From Mustelus asterias (taxonomy: Eukaryota): a stretch of DNA of 64,000 bases. Location of the stretch: assembly GCF_964213995.1 (NCBI RefSeq), contig NC_135819.1, positions 4,464,001 through 4,528,000 of the forward strand, given 5' to 3'. Shown piece by piece: positions 61,901-64,000 of this stretch (the first letter of the stretch is position 1; each line of letters opens with the position of its first letter). Under the pieces are notes generated by a model. The model did not search any database and had not been told where the DNA came from. It saw only the letters and a program-made list of their open reading frames with translations. The translations under genes were made by a program, and so were the position numbers.

Positions 61901-62839
61901 CCAGTTTAGATGCAACCCATCCTTGTACAGATCCCACCTGCCCCAGAAGAGACCCCAATGGTCCAGCTATCTGAAACCCTCCCTCCTACACCAGCTGTTT
62001 AGCCACGTGTTGAGCTGCACTATCTTCCTATTCCTAGCCTCACTGGCACGTGGCACAGGGAGTAATCCTGAGATTACAACCCTAGAGGTCCTGCTTTTTA
62101 ACTTTCTACTCAACTCCCTAAACTGCTGCTGCAGGACCTCATCACTCTTCCTGCCTATGTCGTTCGTACCAATATGTAACATGACCTCTGGCTGTTCACC
62201 CTCTCCATTCAGAATGCTTTCTGTCCATTCGGAGACATCCTGGACCCTGGCACCAGGGAGGCAACATACCATCCTGGAGTCTCTTTCATGTCCACAGAAG
62301 CACCTATCTGCACCCCTAACAATAGCGTCCCCTATAACTATTGCTCTAGTGCTCTTTGTTCCTCCCTGCTTAACAGCAGAGCCAGCCATGGTGCCACTGC
62401 TTTGGCTGTTACTACTGTTATTCCCTGACAGGCCATCTCTCCCCCACCGCAGTGACTGCCTGCCCCTTCTAGTAGTCACCCATCCATCTGCCTGCACCTT
62501 GGGTGTGACCACATCTCTAAAGCTCCTATCCATGATGCTTTCCGCCACCTTCATGCTCCTAAGTGCCTCCAACTGCTGCTCCAACCTATCCATGCGGTCT
62601 GTAAGGAGCTGCAATTGGGTGCATTTCCTGCAGATGTTGTCATCCGAGATGTTGGAAGCATCACGGATCTCCCACGTCTCACAGGTGCAGCACTTAACCC
62701 CCTGAGACTCCACTTTATGATGTGTTGAAGCTTATGAGTATCAATTGAAGGTGGAGTCTGTACTCTTGGTTAATTCCTGAAAGCTTCTGAAAAGTCCTGC
62801 TTTCCTCCACCTATTCAGGCCTGGTTAATCAGTCTTGTT

Positions 62840-63500
62840 TGTTTGATTTGACTTATTATTGTCACATATATTGACATAAAAAGTATTGTTTCTTGCGCGC
62901 TATACAGACAAAACCTACCATTCATAAAGAAGGAAAGGAGGGTGCACAGAATGTAGTGTTACAGTCATAGCTAGGGTGTAGAGAAAGATCAACTTAATAT
63001 TCGGTAGGTCCATTCAAAAGTCTGACAGCAGCAGGGAAGAAGCTGTTCTTGAGTCGGTTGGTACGTGACCTCAGACTTTTGTATCTTTTTCCCGATTGGA
63101 AGAAGGTGGAAGAGAGAATGTCCGGGGTGCGTGGGGTCCTTGATTATGCCGGCTGCTTTGCCGAGGCAGCGGGAAGTGTAGACAGAGTCACTGGATGGGA
63201 GGCTGGTTTGCGTGATGGATTGGGCTACATTCACGACCTTTTGTAGTTTCTTGCGGTCTTGGACAGAGCAGGAGCCAATCAGAGCTGTGATACTTCTGGA
63301 TAGGATGCTTTCTATGGTGCATCTGTAAAAATTGGTGAGAGTCTTGGCAGACGTGCCAAATTTCCTTAGCCTCCTGAGAAAGTAGAGGTGTTGGTGGGCT
63401 TTCTTAACTATAGCATCAGTGTGGAGGGACCAGGAAAGGTGGTTGGTGACCTGGACACCTACAAACCTGAAGCTCTCAACCATTTCCACTTCATCCCTGG
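62840..63500 (-). mobile_element. Rex1-like LINE 3' fragment (another starts at about 63785; a CR1 tail lies between)
   Basis: KKAHQHLYFLRRLRKFG..LTNFYRCTIESIL. Confidence 0.85.
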
Positions 63501-64000
63501 TCCATAGAAACTAGAAGCAGGAGGAGGCCATTTGGCCCCTCGAACCTGTTCCGCCATTCATTATGATCGTGGCTGATCATCAAATTCAATATCCTGATTT
63601 TCTTTGCGCCCCCCTCCATATCTCTTGATCCTTTTAACCCCAAGACCTATACCTAATTTCTTCTTGAAATCACACAGCATTTTGACCTCAGCTACTTTCT
63701 GTGGTAGTGAATTCCACACATTCACCACCCGCTGGGTGAAGAAATTTCTCCTCACCTCAGTCCTAAAAGGTTTGAATGTTGATGTTTTTGATTTGATTTA
63801 TTATTGTCACATGTATTAACATACAGTGAAAAGTATTGTTTCTTGTGTGCTATACAGACAAAGCATACCGTTCATAGAGAAGGAAAGGAGAGGGTGCAGA
63901 ATGTAGTGTTACAGTCATAGCTAGGGTGTAGAGAAAGATCAACTTAATGTGAGGTAGGTCCGTTCAAAAGTCTGACAGCAGCAGGGAAGAAGCTGTTCTT

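Larger units (their letters stand above)
54990..62715 (-). mobile_element. Near-full-length CR1 LINE (ORF1 and frameshifted ORF2), split near its 3' end by the Penelope insertion
   Basis: ORF1 61967-62713: CxxC..CxxC plus leucine zipper and SGNH-like esterase (VIGDAIVR, CLPGARV, HIGTNDI). ORF2 RT pieces 59066-61101; 3' tail at 54990-55175. Confidence 0.92.

Overview
Vertebrate genomic DNA, very probably from a shark/elasmobranch: it is dense with HE1-type tRNA-derived SINEs, CR1/HER1-type LINEs, Rex1/Babar LINE 3' ends and Penelope-like elements. Two host genes point away from each other. (1) On the minus strand (about 26.9 kb down to at least 0.43 kb) phase-compatible exons can be assembled by hand into a type-I immunoglobulin-superfamily receptor: leader - long V domain - atypical C1-set domain lacking the B-strand Cys - C2/I domain - probable Ser/Thr/Gln stalk - TM - basic juxtamembrane exon - cytoplasmic exon with a DVYESL tyrosine motif. 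The TM and cytoplasmic exons are invisible in the ORF track. (2) On the plus strand, the first coding exon of a CAMSAP gene (most like CAMSAP3) starts at 47787; the rest of the window is its intron 1. That intron holds a near-full-length CR1 LINE interrupted by a young Penelope element (RT + GIY-YIG ORF, 1163-bp inverted arm, 12-bp TSD, minimal hammerhead motifs). Other notable structure: SINE-derived 52-bp satellite arrays that flank two receptor exons in inverted orientation, miniature head-to-head Penelope hammerhead hairpins, two unrelated minisatellites, and diverged duplicates of the leader/promoter module and of a CTCF+CCAAT module. Repeat boundaries were read by eye and are approximate; no database searches were run.
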